Virus record (IMG/VR): IMGVR_UViG_3300030376_006203
Span: 32,001-96,000 of that record
Direction: 5' to 3' (one strand)
DNA length: 64,000 bases
Source of the DNA: a virus
Lineage: Duplodnaviria; Caudoviricetes
Made by a program: the position numbers and the translations under genes. This document shows, piece by piece, positions 39,101 to 48,272 of the stretch; positions within the stretch are counted from its first letter, which is position 1, and each line of letters begins with the position of its first letter. The notes beneath the pieces are model-generated. The model was given only the letters and a program-made list of their open reading frames with translations, was not told where the DNA came from and made no database searches.

Positions 39101-42100
39101 GTTGTCTGATCCACCTGTTCCTAAATTAACTTTGTAAACTGTGCCATCTCTTGTGGCTGGTTGACTTGGAGCCACTGTTGTTTCAATGTTTGTGACTTCA
39201 TATCTCACAATACCTGTTGAGCCACCGTGGTCAATTTCTACTTCTGAATTACTGTATGGTAAGAAATCAAAATCATATAGATATATTGCTGTTGATGAAG
39301 GTGGTTGAGCAAAATCTACTGTGCCATCATTAAACACAATGGCAGTTTGTGTCATGTTATCACTTAATGTGATGTTATCAATTTTTTCGTTTGGATTTGA
39401 ACCTTCAGCAACTAATCCATAATCACCATTTGCTGATGAACAGTTCAACGCACGAATTTGACCACCATCGTTGGCGTACATCGCTATGTGATTGTAATAA
39501 GTGAAAGTAGATACTTGTTCCGACAAACCTCCGTTTGTAGCAACAACACCATAACCTAAATCGTTAATCTGTACAAAGTCATTGGCAAGTAGAGATCTGT
39601 TACCTGCTGTTTGTACAATAATGTTGTAAGGTGTTGCGTATGTGCCATCCCAACCAGCACCGCTATTAGAACTTGCCGCTAATAAAAGTGTTGCTGTACC
39701 TAAACTTTGGTCATAATTTGTAATTGCCGCAACTTGATATCTTGCACCGTTTATATAGAAAGGTGCTGGCATTTGTGGTTTACGTAAAAATAAACCTGTG
39801 CCTGCCGCGGAAGTAACTTCAATACTGAATGCTGTATTAACTCCAGTGACTGCCATTTCAACGTTACCAGCATAACCATCAATGTACATACCACCTCTGA
39901 ATGATTTAGCATTAACACTTTGTGAAAATGAAGAAGCAGTTTGTGTGTATGGAGATTTTGTAAGCACTTGTCCATTTGGATCTAATACTTCAGCAAATCC
40001 ACCGTGTGCTTGGAACGTGATGTTTCTAACAACACTGGCATCGTTCATTAAGAACACATCCATTGCTCTGTTGTTTTTTGCTGTGTTATAAGCAGGATCA
40101 TTTGCTGGAACAGAAGTGTTAATTGGTTTTGTTACATCTTCAGCATAATGATATCCATATTCTTGTGTTCCTATTGTTAAACCATCAAAGGTTGTGTTTC
40201 TATAGAAATAAACATTTGCCCAAGGTGATTGTGAAACAGCATCTAAAGGTCGGATAATTGTTCTTCTAAATTCATCTCCTTTGATTGATGTGTTAGCAGG
40301 AATCTTAATAGGCATATGTTCTTCATATATGCCTGATTCTACTCTAATTGTAATCTGTTTATTTTTAACTTTATTTCCAAATTCTAATTCTTCACCAACT
40401 GTAAATACTTTTGGCTCACGTAAAAACATTGTAACTGTGTCGTCTGATCCACCTGCTGTTACAGAAACTATTTCACCTTTTGCTCCTGAAGTTTTACCAA
40501 CAATTATTTTACCTGGAACTAAATCTTTGTTGTTTGGTTGATTTTGATCAACATAACCTGTATTGCCATTTGAAATTGTTATTGTGTATGTGCTTCCATC
40601 AACTGATGATACAATATAATTGTAATCTTGAATAATACCTTTTACAATTTCAAATTTAGCATTCGCAGAATCTTTTCCTGATTGTGGAACAACTTTTGTA
40701 ATATCAATTGTTTGTGTTAAAACTTCTGGATATACTTTGTTGCCTAATGGACAACTCCAAGTAATATTGGCAACCTGTACAACATCACCAACCTGTGCAC
40801 CATGTCCTGTTCCTGTTGTGACTGTTACTATACCTGAATTGTTATCGTAAGTGGCTGTTGTAATGTTTACTGTGTTACCACCGAACGTAACTGTACCACC
40901 ACTCACATAAGTGTGAACGTAATTGTTTGCACCTGCGAATATTGTGAAAGTGTTTGAACTAAATGAATCTGAACGAACAGCAAATTTTCCTTGATACGTT
41001 GTTGCTGGTGCTGTGTTTGTTAAAATACTATTAACAATTAACCCTTGAGCAAAATTAATGGCACCCAATGTTTCAGTCAATTGTTGATTGATTGCTTTTA
41101 AACCACTATTGCTGTTGTAATATCTTTTACCTGCTTGAATAGATTGTGTGTTTGCTGTTAGTCCACTTAATACATCAATGACCACAGCATCTTGAATTAA
41201 TCCTACATCTCTTTTACAAGTTGCTATATTATATGTAAAGTTAGGATATGTGGCATTAACAAAAGCCACAGTTTCGTTTGTGATATAATCTTTGTTTGCC
41301 GCCATTAAAAATTCTAATTGCGTTTGATTTGAAGAACTTGTGATGCCTTCTGTTGTAACAGTAGAATTACCTGCGCCACTATTGAATGTTACTGTTTGTG
41401 CATATGGACCTGCTTCAAATGGTGCAGTATCAATAATTTGTTCTGCTCTTTCAGCCGCTTTAGAAATTGTTTTGTAAGCATAAGCCAATGATCTACCGTA
41501 TTTGTCTGCAGGTACTCCCTGCATTGTGTCATCACCATCTTGGCTTACAAATAAATTTGTTGTTGAAGCATATGATGTTGTGTCAACATAATATTTTGTT
41601 GCCGCTTGTAAATCATCAATGCCATTAGGTGTTCCGCCACCTGCTAAATCACCTGGATGATCATTTAGGTATAGTGCGCCAGTCATTTGGTCACCTTGAC
41701 GTCTTACTGCTGAAGTTCTTTGTATTGCTTCAGTTCCAAGATAATTTCCTGATAGTGAACTGTTATACGCACCATCTGTAATTGTTTGTGTTCCTGTTCC
41801 CCCTGAAACTGTAATTTTTATTCTTGTAGCATCATTATCATTTGTTGCTTCAGCGGCTGAGGCGTGTAAAGAAATTGTGTTGTCATCAATAAATCTAATG
41901 TAGTAAGATACTCCAGTTGATACATTGTTCGCATCATTGCCTGTTGAATTGTAAATGAATGGTAAACCGTTTGATGTTGTTGTAAAACCATGTGAAGGAA
42001 TATTTAAATTTCCACTTACATATGCTGTGATTGTTTTTACATACTCTGTTGCGTTTGCAGGTTCTGGTCTTACTCTTATCTCACCACCTACTCCACCAAC

Positions 42101-42583
42101 ACCTGAACTTCTTAAATATCTTCTGTCTGCGTAACCTTTATCAATCACAAGATCATCTAAAGTGATTGCTGTTCCATGTGTGCTGTTAAAATCATCTACT
42201 GCTGTTTGGCTTACACCAACATTTCCAATTGCATATGCATTGGCATTTAATGGACCACCCATGTCAGGATCAGTGTCTGTGCTTAAATCAATTGAACTGA
42301 CTGTAAGTAAAAGATTGTTTGGATCTGTAAAATCTACTGAAATACCTGTTCCAGATATTCCTTTCATCTCAATGGCTGTTCCAGCCGAATTGGATATAGG
42401 AATTTTGTTTGCTCCTAATTGATCAGGTGTATCACTTAATGATGTAAAACCTATCTGTCCACCTTGACCAAATACAGCATAAAGTTCTGTAAAATTTTCA
42501 TTGGATTTGTTGAACGCATCTCTGATACTATCGCCTGTACCGTCGTTCCCTTCTATACCAATATTAATAAACTGTTTAGCCAT
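36188..42583 (-). CDS. very large tail fibre/structural protein (2131 aa)
   Basis: gp9/gp10-like N-terminus, AATKYYVD/AATKSYVD fibre motifs, beta-helix-like core, C-terminal AQYADLAE..VALTGRTPVKV domain. Confidence 0.8.
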   Translation of the reverse strand: MAKQFINIGIEGNDGTGDSIRDAFNKSNENFTELYAVFGQGGQIGFTSLSDTPDQLGANKIPISNSAGTAIEMKGISGTGISVDFTDPNNLLLTVSSIDLSTDTDPDMGGPLNANAYAIGNVGVSQTAVDDFNSTHGTAITLDDLVIDKGYADRRYLRSSGVGGVGGEIRVRPEPANATEYVKTITAYVSGNLNIPSHGFTTTSNGLPFIYNSTGNDANNVSTGVSYYIRFIDDNTISLHASAAEATNDNDATRIKITVSGGTGTQTITDGAYNSSLSGNYLGTEAIQRTSAVRRQGDQMTGALYLNDHPGDLAGGGTPNGIDDLQAATKYYVDTTSYASTTNLFVSQDGDDTMQGVPADKYGRSLAYAYKTISKAAERAEQIIDTAPFEAGPYAQTVTFNSGAGNSTVTTEGITSSSNQTQLEFLMAANKDYITNETVAFVNATYPNFTYNIATCKRDVGLIQDAVVIDVLSGLTANTQSIQAGKRYYNSNSGLKAINQQLTETLGAINFAQGLIVNSILTNTAPATTYQGKFAVRSDSFSSNTFTIFAGANNYVHTYVSGGTVTFGGNTVNITTATYDNNSGIVTVTTGTGHGAQVGDVVQVANITWSCPLGNKVYPEVLTQTIDITKVVPQSGKDSANAKFEIVKGIIQDYNYIVSSVDGSTYTITISNGNTGYVDQNQPNNKDLVPGKIIVGKTSGAKGEIVSVTAGGSDDTVTMFLREPKVFTVGEELEFGNKVKNKQITIRVESGIYEEHMPIKIPANTSIKGDEFRRTIIRPLDAVSQSPWANVYFYRNTTFDGLTIGTQEYGYHYAEDVTKPINTSVPANDPAYNTAKNNRAMDVFLMNDASVVRNITFQAHGGFAEVLDPNGQVLTKSPYTQTASSFSQSVNAKSFRGGMYIDGYAGNVEMAVTGVNTAFSIEVTSAAGTGLFLRKPQMPAPFYINGARYQVAAITNYDQSLGTATLLLAASSNSGAGWDGTYATPYNIIVQTAGNRSLLANDFVQINDLGYGVVATNGGLSEQVSTFTYYNHIAMYANDGGQIRALNCSSANGDYGLVAEGSNPNEKIDNITLSDNMTQTAIVFNDGTVDFAQPPSSTAIYLYDFDFLPYSNSEVEIDHGGSTGIVRYEVTNIETTVAPSQPATRDGTVYKVNLGTGGSDNTATSGLKQALTADQVVTVRSSRSFKFEDLEDVSPTRPSTAIVFDEYTDAVYRSVSFQTNDSVGNALANDEAIIGMDSPFDTVKMNVNMTEAVNNTYAGTGTTMGNTPGDVVIAIDVLTQQSDINRLNAGDMIFGWDGKVHRITGYTDRTTYATISLVDVNDINATPIGTGLHSSVYRLNQSVNLRANLAAGETGTLTVSISTCRATGHDFLDIGTGGFNTTNYPNVIYGDPQAPVQAYEVDERGKGRVFYVSTDQDGFFRVGKFFTVDQGTGSVTFSASIALSNLDGIGFKRGVVVAEFSSDTAMTDNSSDTVPTESAVRGYVNRRLHFDHQGQLVSNPIGAGALARDGSTPFTDNISAGGFKIQNLQDPGVDQDAATKSYVDQVNYDTDELVDNRDVNILAPTSAGQLLVYNGARRIFTTPANGGLFAGGMTITGSNSGATGVIYDLIQENVPGYGLATRISYNLTSGTDFNTNDLIDNGSGVTANVINAGIYEIGNGVEDAGSDITVSATRTNSETTINFQLNADSIINADVSPTAAISQSKLAMQAATTRANDTGITQADLGLASFDAGDFTVTNGWVTLKSASVDLADLPELANSFAFGRSTAGTGAPEAVAFSTIVGVGGGLEDGDFVAEVGVAADPGSALIKTGATTYAYTNVSQTGEGNSIVKTDTNGQLDVSSLALDGTLVFDTSASTLQVSTPGGVLAYGVIGSNTDNTQHTFTGNRFSFGGADASASPSNDNGSAQNTDPALASTYIYTKYIESEGKGANFTGIALGNDNPYIVGLDESTEGQIALVADGVVPVIATAQGLIPGNNNIDIGSSSGKRFKNVYAEIFDGTATQAQYADLAENYLADNQYEVGTVLIFGGDAEVTTTSLRDDTRVAGVVSENPAHLMNTSLEGENVTAVALTGRTPVKVVGVVQKGDMLVSSSTKGFATRSTDPKVGTVIGKALENKTDAGEGVIEAVVGRV

Positions 42584-42926
42584 TTACTTTTTCCATATCA
42601 AATTGAATGCTTTCACCACAACCACAAGCACTCTTTGTATTTGGATTTCTGATTTCAAATTGTGAACCAAATACTTCGTTAACATAATCAATCTCAGTTC
42701 CAAATAAAAACATAACACTATGGCTGTCTATCACTAAATTTCCACCATCAACTTGGATTAATTCATCTGCGTCTTCAATTTGTGATTCATCCGCAAAACT
42801 CCAATCATAGGAAAATCCAGCACACCCACCGCCTTTAATACCCAATCTTACAGCATATTTGCTGTTGTTTTCGCACAATGTTTTTACTTGCTTCTTTGCC
42901 GTGCTTGTAAGTGTTAAAATAGCCAT
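42576..42926 (-). CDS. iscA: IscA/HesB Fe-S cluster carrier
   Basis: GGGCAGFSY, NPN..ACGCGES. Confidence 0.92.
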   Translation of the reverse strand: MAILTLTSTAKKQVKTLCENNSKYAVRLGIKGGGCAGFSYDWSFADESQIEDADELIQVDGGNLVIDSHSVMFLFGTEIDYVNEVFGSQFEIRNPNTKSACGCGESIQFDMEKVNG

Positions 42927-42988
42927 GTTTTTGTGTTCTGTTTTGTTGTATTTATTGAAAATTTACAAATGCTAATGTAAATACCTGT

Positions 42989-43276
42989 ATGTATCTAGGA
43001 GAAAAAACACAAATATCAATCACAGAAAGAGTGAGCAAACTTGGTGTAAAACACAAATGCAAACGCACAAAGACGTTTCATGTTTTAAAGTGTGATGTGT
43101 GTGCCAATGAATTTATGAGGCCGAAAGGCAAAGTTGAAAAAAAGCGTCTATCTACTTTTTATAAACACGTGTGTTCTGAATGCGACCCAAAACGTTTTGC
43201 TCAACAACAAGGTGTAAAACAAAGACAGGTTTTGGGTATGAACGCATCCAGTGACATTCCTATCAGTAAATTGTGA
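42989..43276 (+). CDS. basic CxxC..CxxC zinc-binding protein
   Basis: CDVC and CSEC; TAAATA 5 nt before ATG. Confidence 0.65.
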   Translation: MYLGEKTQISITERVSKLGVKHKCKRTKTFHVLKCDVCANEFMRPKGKVEKKRLSTFYKHVCSECDPKRFAQQQGVKQRQVLGMNASSDIPISKL

Positions 43277-43450
43277 TTACTCTGATTTCCAGATAGTCCA
43301 ACCACCATACACAATTGCCGCATAAGCAACAATCGAAGCGATTGGTTTAAAAATTAAAAATGAAATTCCTGCCGCAATCAAAAGAGCACCATCTAGTGTT
43401 GTTCTTTCTTTGATTCTAGCATTAACCCATTTTTGTACTTGATTAATCAT
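43277..43450 (-). CDS. small membrane protein
   Basis: Manual ORF MINQVQKWVNARIKERTTLDGALLIAAG..WTIWKSE with AGGAG SD. Confidence 0.65.
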   Translation of the reverse strand: MINQVQKWVNARIKERTTLDGALLIAAGISFLIFKPIASIVAYAAIVYGGWTIWKSE

Positions 43451-43463
43451 ATCGTCTCCTTTT

Positions 43464-44018
43464 TTAAGATTGTAGTCTTAAATTAATTGACTCCCAATTA
43501 ATTATCCTCATCATGCCCTCTATGTATTTTTTCTTGGCATCCTTGGCAGGAACATAATCCGAAAATGAATGTTCCCACATATCCACAGGCATTAAGATGT
43601 CTGTTTTGTATGATTGATTTGGTGTAGTTTTGATATTACCGTTTTTGGCAACATACACCCAACCAGAACCTTGTATGGTCATGGCTGATCTAATTAATTC
43701 TTTTTTGAAAGCATCAAATGTTTTGTGCTTGGATTCTATTAATGTTTTGATTTCGCCAGTTGGTTTATTTCCTGGACGAGGTGCTTGTAACTGTAACCAA
43801 AACATATTGTGAAGTTTTGCTCCACCGTAATTAAAATCTGCGTCACCTTCACCATCGTTGTATCTTCTGACATATGCTTTAGTCAATACATTGTAATGAT
43901 AATCTATGTTTGCTTCAGATAGCACCGGTGAAAGGTCTTTCATTTTGAAAGGTAGTTTAACCACTTCTAATTTTGATTCTCTATTTTTTTTGGATTCAGT
44001 TATGTGTTCTAGTTTCAT
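43464..44018 (-). CDS. sod: Fe/Mn superoxide dismutase
   Basis: YHY, LHNMFW, GSGW, DMWEH: all four metal ligands present. Confidence 0.9.
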   Translation of the reverse strand: MKLEHITESKKNRESKLEVVKLPFKMKDLSPVLSEANIDYHYNVLTKAYVRRYNDGEGDADFNYGGAKLHNMFWLQLQAPRPGNKPTGEIKTLIESKHKTFDAFKKELIRSAMTIQGSGWVYVAKNGNIKTTPNQSYKTDILMPVDMWEHSFSDYVPAKDAKKKYIEGMMRIINWESINLRLQS

Positions 44019-44032
44019 AACGATATTTATCG

Positions 44033-45079
44033 TTATACAATGCCTAGTTCCACAGCCTGATTGTGTAGTTGTTCTGCCGCTTGATTCTTCATCTTGGCTT
44101 CAACTTGTATATCTAGTTCTGGCAAGAAAGTCAGTGCCCATTCATTTACTTTTTTGTTGGGCAACATTTCTGAGTGTGCCCGTAATTTTTGTTTCTTACA
44201 ACCTTTGCTTAATAGTGTCTCCATGTCATGAAAATCATTGTGCATATCCTCGGCATTTGGATAAGCAGGAGTCAACCATTCATCTCTTGAATAAGAATAG
44301 TGCATGGTAGGTCTTACACCACGCCATGAATCTATTACTCTTTTAACTCTGTCGTCATTGGCTTGTAGATATTCTCCTGTACGCACCCAATGATGATGTA
44401 TGTCCAATACCAACGCACAATGTTTTTCTAATTCTAAAGAGGATTCCAATCCCCAACCCATCTCATCATTCTCAATAGTGATCAAGTTTCTTGCTTCTGG
44501 TGAAAGTCTTGGTAATGCTTTTATGATACCTGCAGGTCCTTGTCTACCTGAGATGTGTACATTTATCTTACAACCATCTTGGAAAGTTTTGCCAAACCCC
44601 ATCCAACGTGCCATGTTCACATGATATTCAAATTCGTCTATACTTCTGTCAACAATGTCTGGAGTTTCACTTGCCAACACTGTGAATTGTCCAGGGTGGA
44701 AACTTACTTTTACATCATGCTTTCTAGCAAGATCACCTGCCTCTGCGAAATGCTTTTCACAATATTTTATTATTTCAGGTTTGTCCCAATAGTATCTCCA
44801 GTCTTCTTGTGTTGCTACTGGCAATATGGGAGATGAAATTCTACACATACGTCTGCTCTTAGGCAGTGTGGAAACTTTCAAGATTAAATTTTTAATACCG
44901 TCTATGTTGTGTTTGAATACAAAATCTAATTTTGCTTCTGCTTCGTCTTTGTGTTCGTTAAGCCAACGCACAGTTGTTGAACGTGTGTTCATTGGTCTTT
45001 CAATTTCTTCTAATTGTTTCTTTTTAAGAGTTCTATCATGGTGGAACCATTGACAGCAGAATCCAATACGTCTAGTCAT
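44033..45079 (-). CDS. uvsE: UV-damage endonuclease UvsE/UVDE
   Basis: RISS, SFHPGQFTVL, IENDE, LDIHHH, AHS, VEAK. Confidence 0.92.
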   Translation of the reverse strand: MTRRIGFCCQWFHHDRTLKKKQLEEIERPMNTRSTTVRWLNEHKDEAEAKLDFVFKHNIDGIKNLILKVSTLPKSRRMCRISSPILPVATQEDWRYYWDKPEIIKYCEKHFAEAGDLARKHDVKVSFHPGQFTVLASETPDIVDRSIDEFEYHVNMARWMGFGKTFQDGCKINVHISGRQGPAGIIKALPRLSPEARNLITIENDEMGWGLESSLELEKHCALVLDIHHHWVRTGEYLQANDDRVKRVIDSWRGVRPTMHYSYSRDEWLTPAYPNAEDMHNDFHDMETLLSKGCKKQKLRAHSEMLPNKKVNEWALTFLPELDIQVEAKMKNQAAEQLHNQAVELGIV

Positions 45080-45084
45080 GTCTT

Positions 45085-45113
45085 ATTATAGCAAATATTT
45101 TGGTATGTGTCAA
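45085..45113 (-). promoter_or_regulatory. sigma70 promoter, leaderless start
   Basis: TTGACA-17-TATAAT, ATG 5 nt downstream. Confidence 0.8.
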
Positions 45114-45114
45114 A

Positions 45115-45690
45115 CTAAACATACATGGTATTGAATGAAATTGTTATTCTTTTATCTGTTTGATTTTGATTAGTATAGTGTTCTAACCAACTAGGGAACA
45201 AATATAACGCACCTTGTTCACAAGGAACTTCTACATTTTTAACATTATACTCTGTGTTTTGTACAAAAAATTCGTGCATTCTATACGGGTCAATAGGACT
45301 TCTAAAATTTAATCCAGCACTGTCTTTATCTGACTTAACGTAATATGCCGCACTTAAAATACTTACTTCGTGTCTGTGTAAATTTACACTTTGTCCTTTT
45401 TGTAGAACATTGAACCAACTCATACTGATTTTTACATTGTTGCCAAGTCCTACTTTTTCACAATACACATCAACTGCTTTTTGAAAATCTGCTTTTAAGT
45501 CTTTTAAGTCTTCGTGGTCTAGAATGTGTTTATCACTTTTCATATAACTGCTTTGAGCACCAGACACTAATTGATGTGGTGCTGTTTCCCAAGATTCAAT
45601 TAGTTCTAAAAGTTTATCATTGTCCTTGTGTTTTGAAAAATCAAATTTAAGAACAGGAGTTGGAAACATATTTGCTATGTTGTAATTCAT
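45115..45690 (-). CDS. 2OG-Fe(II) oxygenase-like protein
   Basis: FPTP, SWFN, HRH, LFPSWLEH, RITISFN. Confidence 0.85.
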   Translation of the reverse strand: MNYNIANMFPTPVLKFDFSKHKDNDKLLELIESWETAPHQLVSGAQSSYMKSDKHILDHEDLKDLKADFQKAVDVYCEKVGLGNNVKISMSWFNVLQKGQSVNLHRHEVSILSAAYYVKSDKDSAGLNFRSPIDPYRMHEFFVQNTEYNVKNVEVPCEQGALYLFPSWLEHYTNQNQTDKRITISFNTMYV

Positions 45691-46400
45691 TTCCAGTTCT
45701 CCTTACACCAAGGGTCTTGGCAAGTTTTAGGTTGTGGGTCTCCGTGAAATACAGCAATTGATGTTTGAGGGTGTATCTTTGGTACACCAGGAGATATAAA
45801 ATCTTTAACACCATCTTTGTTTCGTACCATAGGTGGTTTGCCTCTCATTTCCCATTTGTAACTCATTACCCATTCATCGGGCCAAAAATTAAAATCATTT
45901 TTCACTTGAGCATACAACCAATCTTGGTCTCCATGGAATCTACGCACAGGTGCCGCAGGATTTTTTATGAAGTCTCTGTAAATTTGTGGGTGTTGTCCTA
46001 TGTTCCATCTCACCACACTGCTGTTGAATCTATTCCATTTAGGATTATTACATCTATTAAAGTCTCTTATCACACAAAACTCATTTGGTTTGTATGTAAA
46101 AAGTCTGTCAATACTTCTAAAAACAATCACATCAAGATCCATATATAAAATTGTACCTTGCGGATCTTCCAAAGGTAAACTGGGATTGAATAATAAAGGT
46201 TTATGCCACCAACCATTGACACCATAACTTTGAGGTATTGGCATCACTCTCACTGTGCTGTTTAATCCTTTAGGGTCTTCTGTAAAACAAACAAATTCAA
46301 ATGGAAGTGTGCAGTATCTACGCACCATCTGTTCCAGTGTATTCACATACTCTGGACCATACTTGTTACCCCATTTTAAACAAACAATGTAATTGATCAT
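45687..46400 (-). CDS. glycosyltransferase (GT-A-like)
   Basis: CLKWGNKY, GWWHK, YMDLD (DxD), NSS, GDQDW, VFHGDP. Confidence 0.75.
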   Translation of the reverse strand: MINYIVCLKWGNKYGPEYVNTLEQMVRRYCTLPFEFVCFTEDPKGLNSTVRVMPIPQSYGVNGWWHKPLLFNPSLPLEDPQGTILYMDLDVIVFRSIDRLFTYKPNEFCVIRDFNRCNNPKWNRFNSSVVRWNIGQHPQIYRDFIKNPAAPVRRFHGDQDWLYAQVKNDFNFWPDEWVMSYKWEMRGKPPMVRNKDGVKDFISPGVPKIHPQTSIAVFHGDPQPKTCQDPWCKENWK

Positions 46401-46849
46401 TATCCTTCATAGATTGCTGAATTGGCTCCATGCTCAGCACATTCAACTTTCACTACATAACAACGATTGTCTGTTGCTTCACGTATAAGTTTGTCTGCAA
46501 AGTTAAAGGCGTGTTCCGCAAATTTTTCTGCTCCAACTCCATCAAACATTCTGATGTCTGCCAAGTCAAGTGCTTCAAGTTCTTTAAATTTTTCTAAATG
46601 TGGATCATTAACATCTAAACAAAGTTTGTGATCAAATGAATCTGTCAGCCATGCCTTAAGAGGTTTCAATCCTCCAAAGTCCACTGCCCAGTTTTTGTTG
46701 TCTAATTTATCACAACCAAATGTAAATGTAAATGCTAGACTGTATCCATGTAAAAAATGACAATGCGAATGATCTGCGTTAGGTTGTCTGAACACTGCTG
46801 ATAAGCCAATGTTGTGTCCATAATGTTTTGTACTATAATGTTTGCTCAT
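46400..46849 (-). CDS. queD: 6-carboxytetrahydropterin synthase QueD / PTPS family
   Basis: HCHFLHGYS, VDFGGLK, FDHK, GAEKFA, C-terminal E..NSA. Confidence 0.8.
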   Translation of the reverse strand: MSKHYSTKHYGHNIGLSAVFRQPNADHSHCHFLHGYSLAFTFTFGCDKLDNKNWAVDFGGLKPLKAWLTDSFDHKLCLDVNDPHLEKFKELEALDLADIRMFDGVGAEKFAEHAFNFADKLIREATDNRCYVVKVECAEHGANSAIYEG

Positions 46850-46910
46850 ATTTTTCTCCTGTTGTAACGGCGGAGTATTTAAAGAGGGTCGACGTTGTTA
46901 AAGTCCTCAT
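46850..46910 (-). ncRNA. candidate cis-regulatory RNA (preQ1-I-like) upstream of queD
   Basis: GAGG/CCUC stem, 17-nt loop, UUUAAAUA tail, AACG/CGUU pseudoknot option, CUCC anti-SD against GGAG. Confidence 0.45.
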
Positions 46911-46913
46911 TGT

Positions 46914-47507
46914 TTAAATTATAATGTTTTTTTCCAAGTCTGTCAATGGAATAATTTTTAAATTTGGTATTTTCTTCCATTCTTCTGGTATAGGAAAGTT
47001 TTCTTCAACATAATAATTAAATGTGTGTTTGTCATAATGTTCAAATATTTTTTGATTTTGATATATCCAATAACTAGGATCAACTTGCCTTTTTGAACTG
47101 ACATCGTAAGATTTGGTATTTTTGTACACATTGTTCACATATCCTTCTATGCCAAATAAATCAAATCCAACAATATGAATTAATTCTGTAGCAGAATATT
47201 TAACAGCCACCAATAAAGCAAATTGCCCAGTTCCCCAATGCCAAGGATCATCTTGTCTTAATTTCCCTACATAAGGCACATCAGGCACAGGAAACACACC
47301 AAAGTCTTCATTCCAATCATGTCTTGTGTACACACAACTCTGTTGAGTGTTTGAATGATTTATTGCTTCACGCACCATTCTTTTGTCGCAACACACTAAA
47401 TGGTCAACTTTTCTATCTCTAAAAATGGCGTTACAGCCGACAGTTGGCAGTTTGTATGAATCTATATCTAAATCTATTCGACTCTCACCATTTCCAATTA
47501 CTAACAT
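46914..47507 (-). CDS. putative sugar-transferase-like protein (DUF115/GT-like fold)
   Basis: LVIGNGESR, GCNA, HIVGFDL. Confidence 0.6.
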   Translation of the reverse strand: MLVIGNGESRIDLDIDSYKLPTVGCNAIFRDRKVDHLVCCDKRMVREAINHSNTQQSCVYTRHDWNEDFGVFPVPDVPYVGKLRQDDPWHWGTGQFALLVAVKYSATELIHIVGFDLFGIEGYVNNVYKNTKSYDVSSKRQVDPSYWIYQNQKIFEHYDKHTFNYYVEENFPIPEEWKKIPNLKIIPLTDLEKNIII

Positions 47508-47523
47508 ATTAAATACCTTTATA

Positions 47524-47961
47524 ATGAACAGTTCTATTTACACAGATGTGGTCGAGTGGATGGCTAAAATTGTAAAACCACAAAAAGCATTAGGCAACAT
47601 ATCTATTTGTCCATATGCTAAAAAGGCGTCATGGGCCATCGTTGAATGTGAAAATATGAAGATAGATGTAGAACAATGTCACCAAGAGGTCACTATTTTC
47701 GTGTTACCAAAATCTATGAGCAAAGCCAAACTTGAATCTTATGCTTTAGATTTAAAAAAGAAATATCCTACATTTGTATTCTTACCTGATCATAAACAGG
47801 CAAATACTAAACTTAAAAATGTATCTACAGGCAATGGCAAACACAATTTATTATTAGTTCAACGTAGAAAAAAATTAGATGGTGCTAGAAAGAATCTTGC
47901 TAAAGGCAAATACTATGATAATATGTCTGAAGATTACAAAAAGAAATTGTTCAGTTATTAA
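47524..47961 (+). CDS. hypothetical protein (DUF1415-like CPYA motif)
   Basis: ICPYAKKA; TAAATA at 47510-47515; start refined to ATG 47524. Confidence 0.6.
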   Translation: MNSSIYTDVVEWMAKIVKPQKALGNISICPYAKKASWAIVECENMKIDVEQCHQEVTIFVLPKSMSKAKLESYALDLKKKYPTFVFLPDHKQANTKLKNVSTGNGKHNLLLVQRRKKLDGARKNLAKGKYYDNMSEDYKKKLFSY

Positions 47962-48272
47962 CGTTTCTTCTTTTTAAGATATTCTTTTTTAATAGATTTT
48001 AATTCAACAAGCACTTCAGCAAATCTTTTATTAGCACTATTCAACAGTCTAAATATATCTCTTACCGCATAGATTACCCACCACCACCATGTAAAGGCAG
48101 TAATGGCAAAGAGTAATGCTATTGCTGATACAAGATAAGATACCCAAGAAGTGAAATCAAATGCTAGTGTGATACACAAAATCATCAGAGCGGTTAATGG
48201 TCCAACTCTTCCGAGCCATGCCCAAATGCCTACTGAATTTTTTATTGAGAAATATTTCCGAAACTTTTCCAT
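47958..48272 (-). CDS. two-TM membrane protein
   Basis: Two hydrophobic helices, WWWW, basic tail. Confidence 0.6.
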   Translation of the reverse strand: MEKFRKYFSIKNSVGIWAWLGRVGPLTALMILCITLAFDFTSWVSYLVSAIALLFAITAFTWWWWVIYAVRDIFRLLNSANKRFAEVLVELKSIKKEYLKKKKR

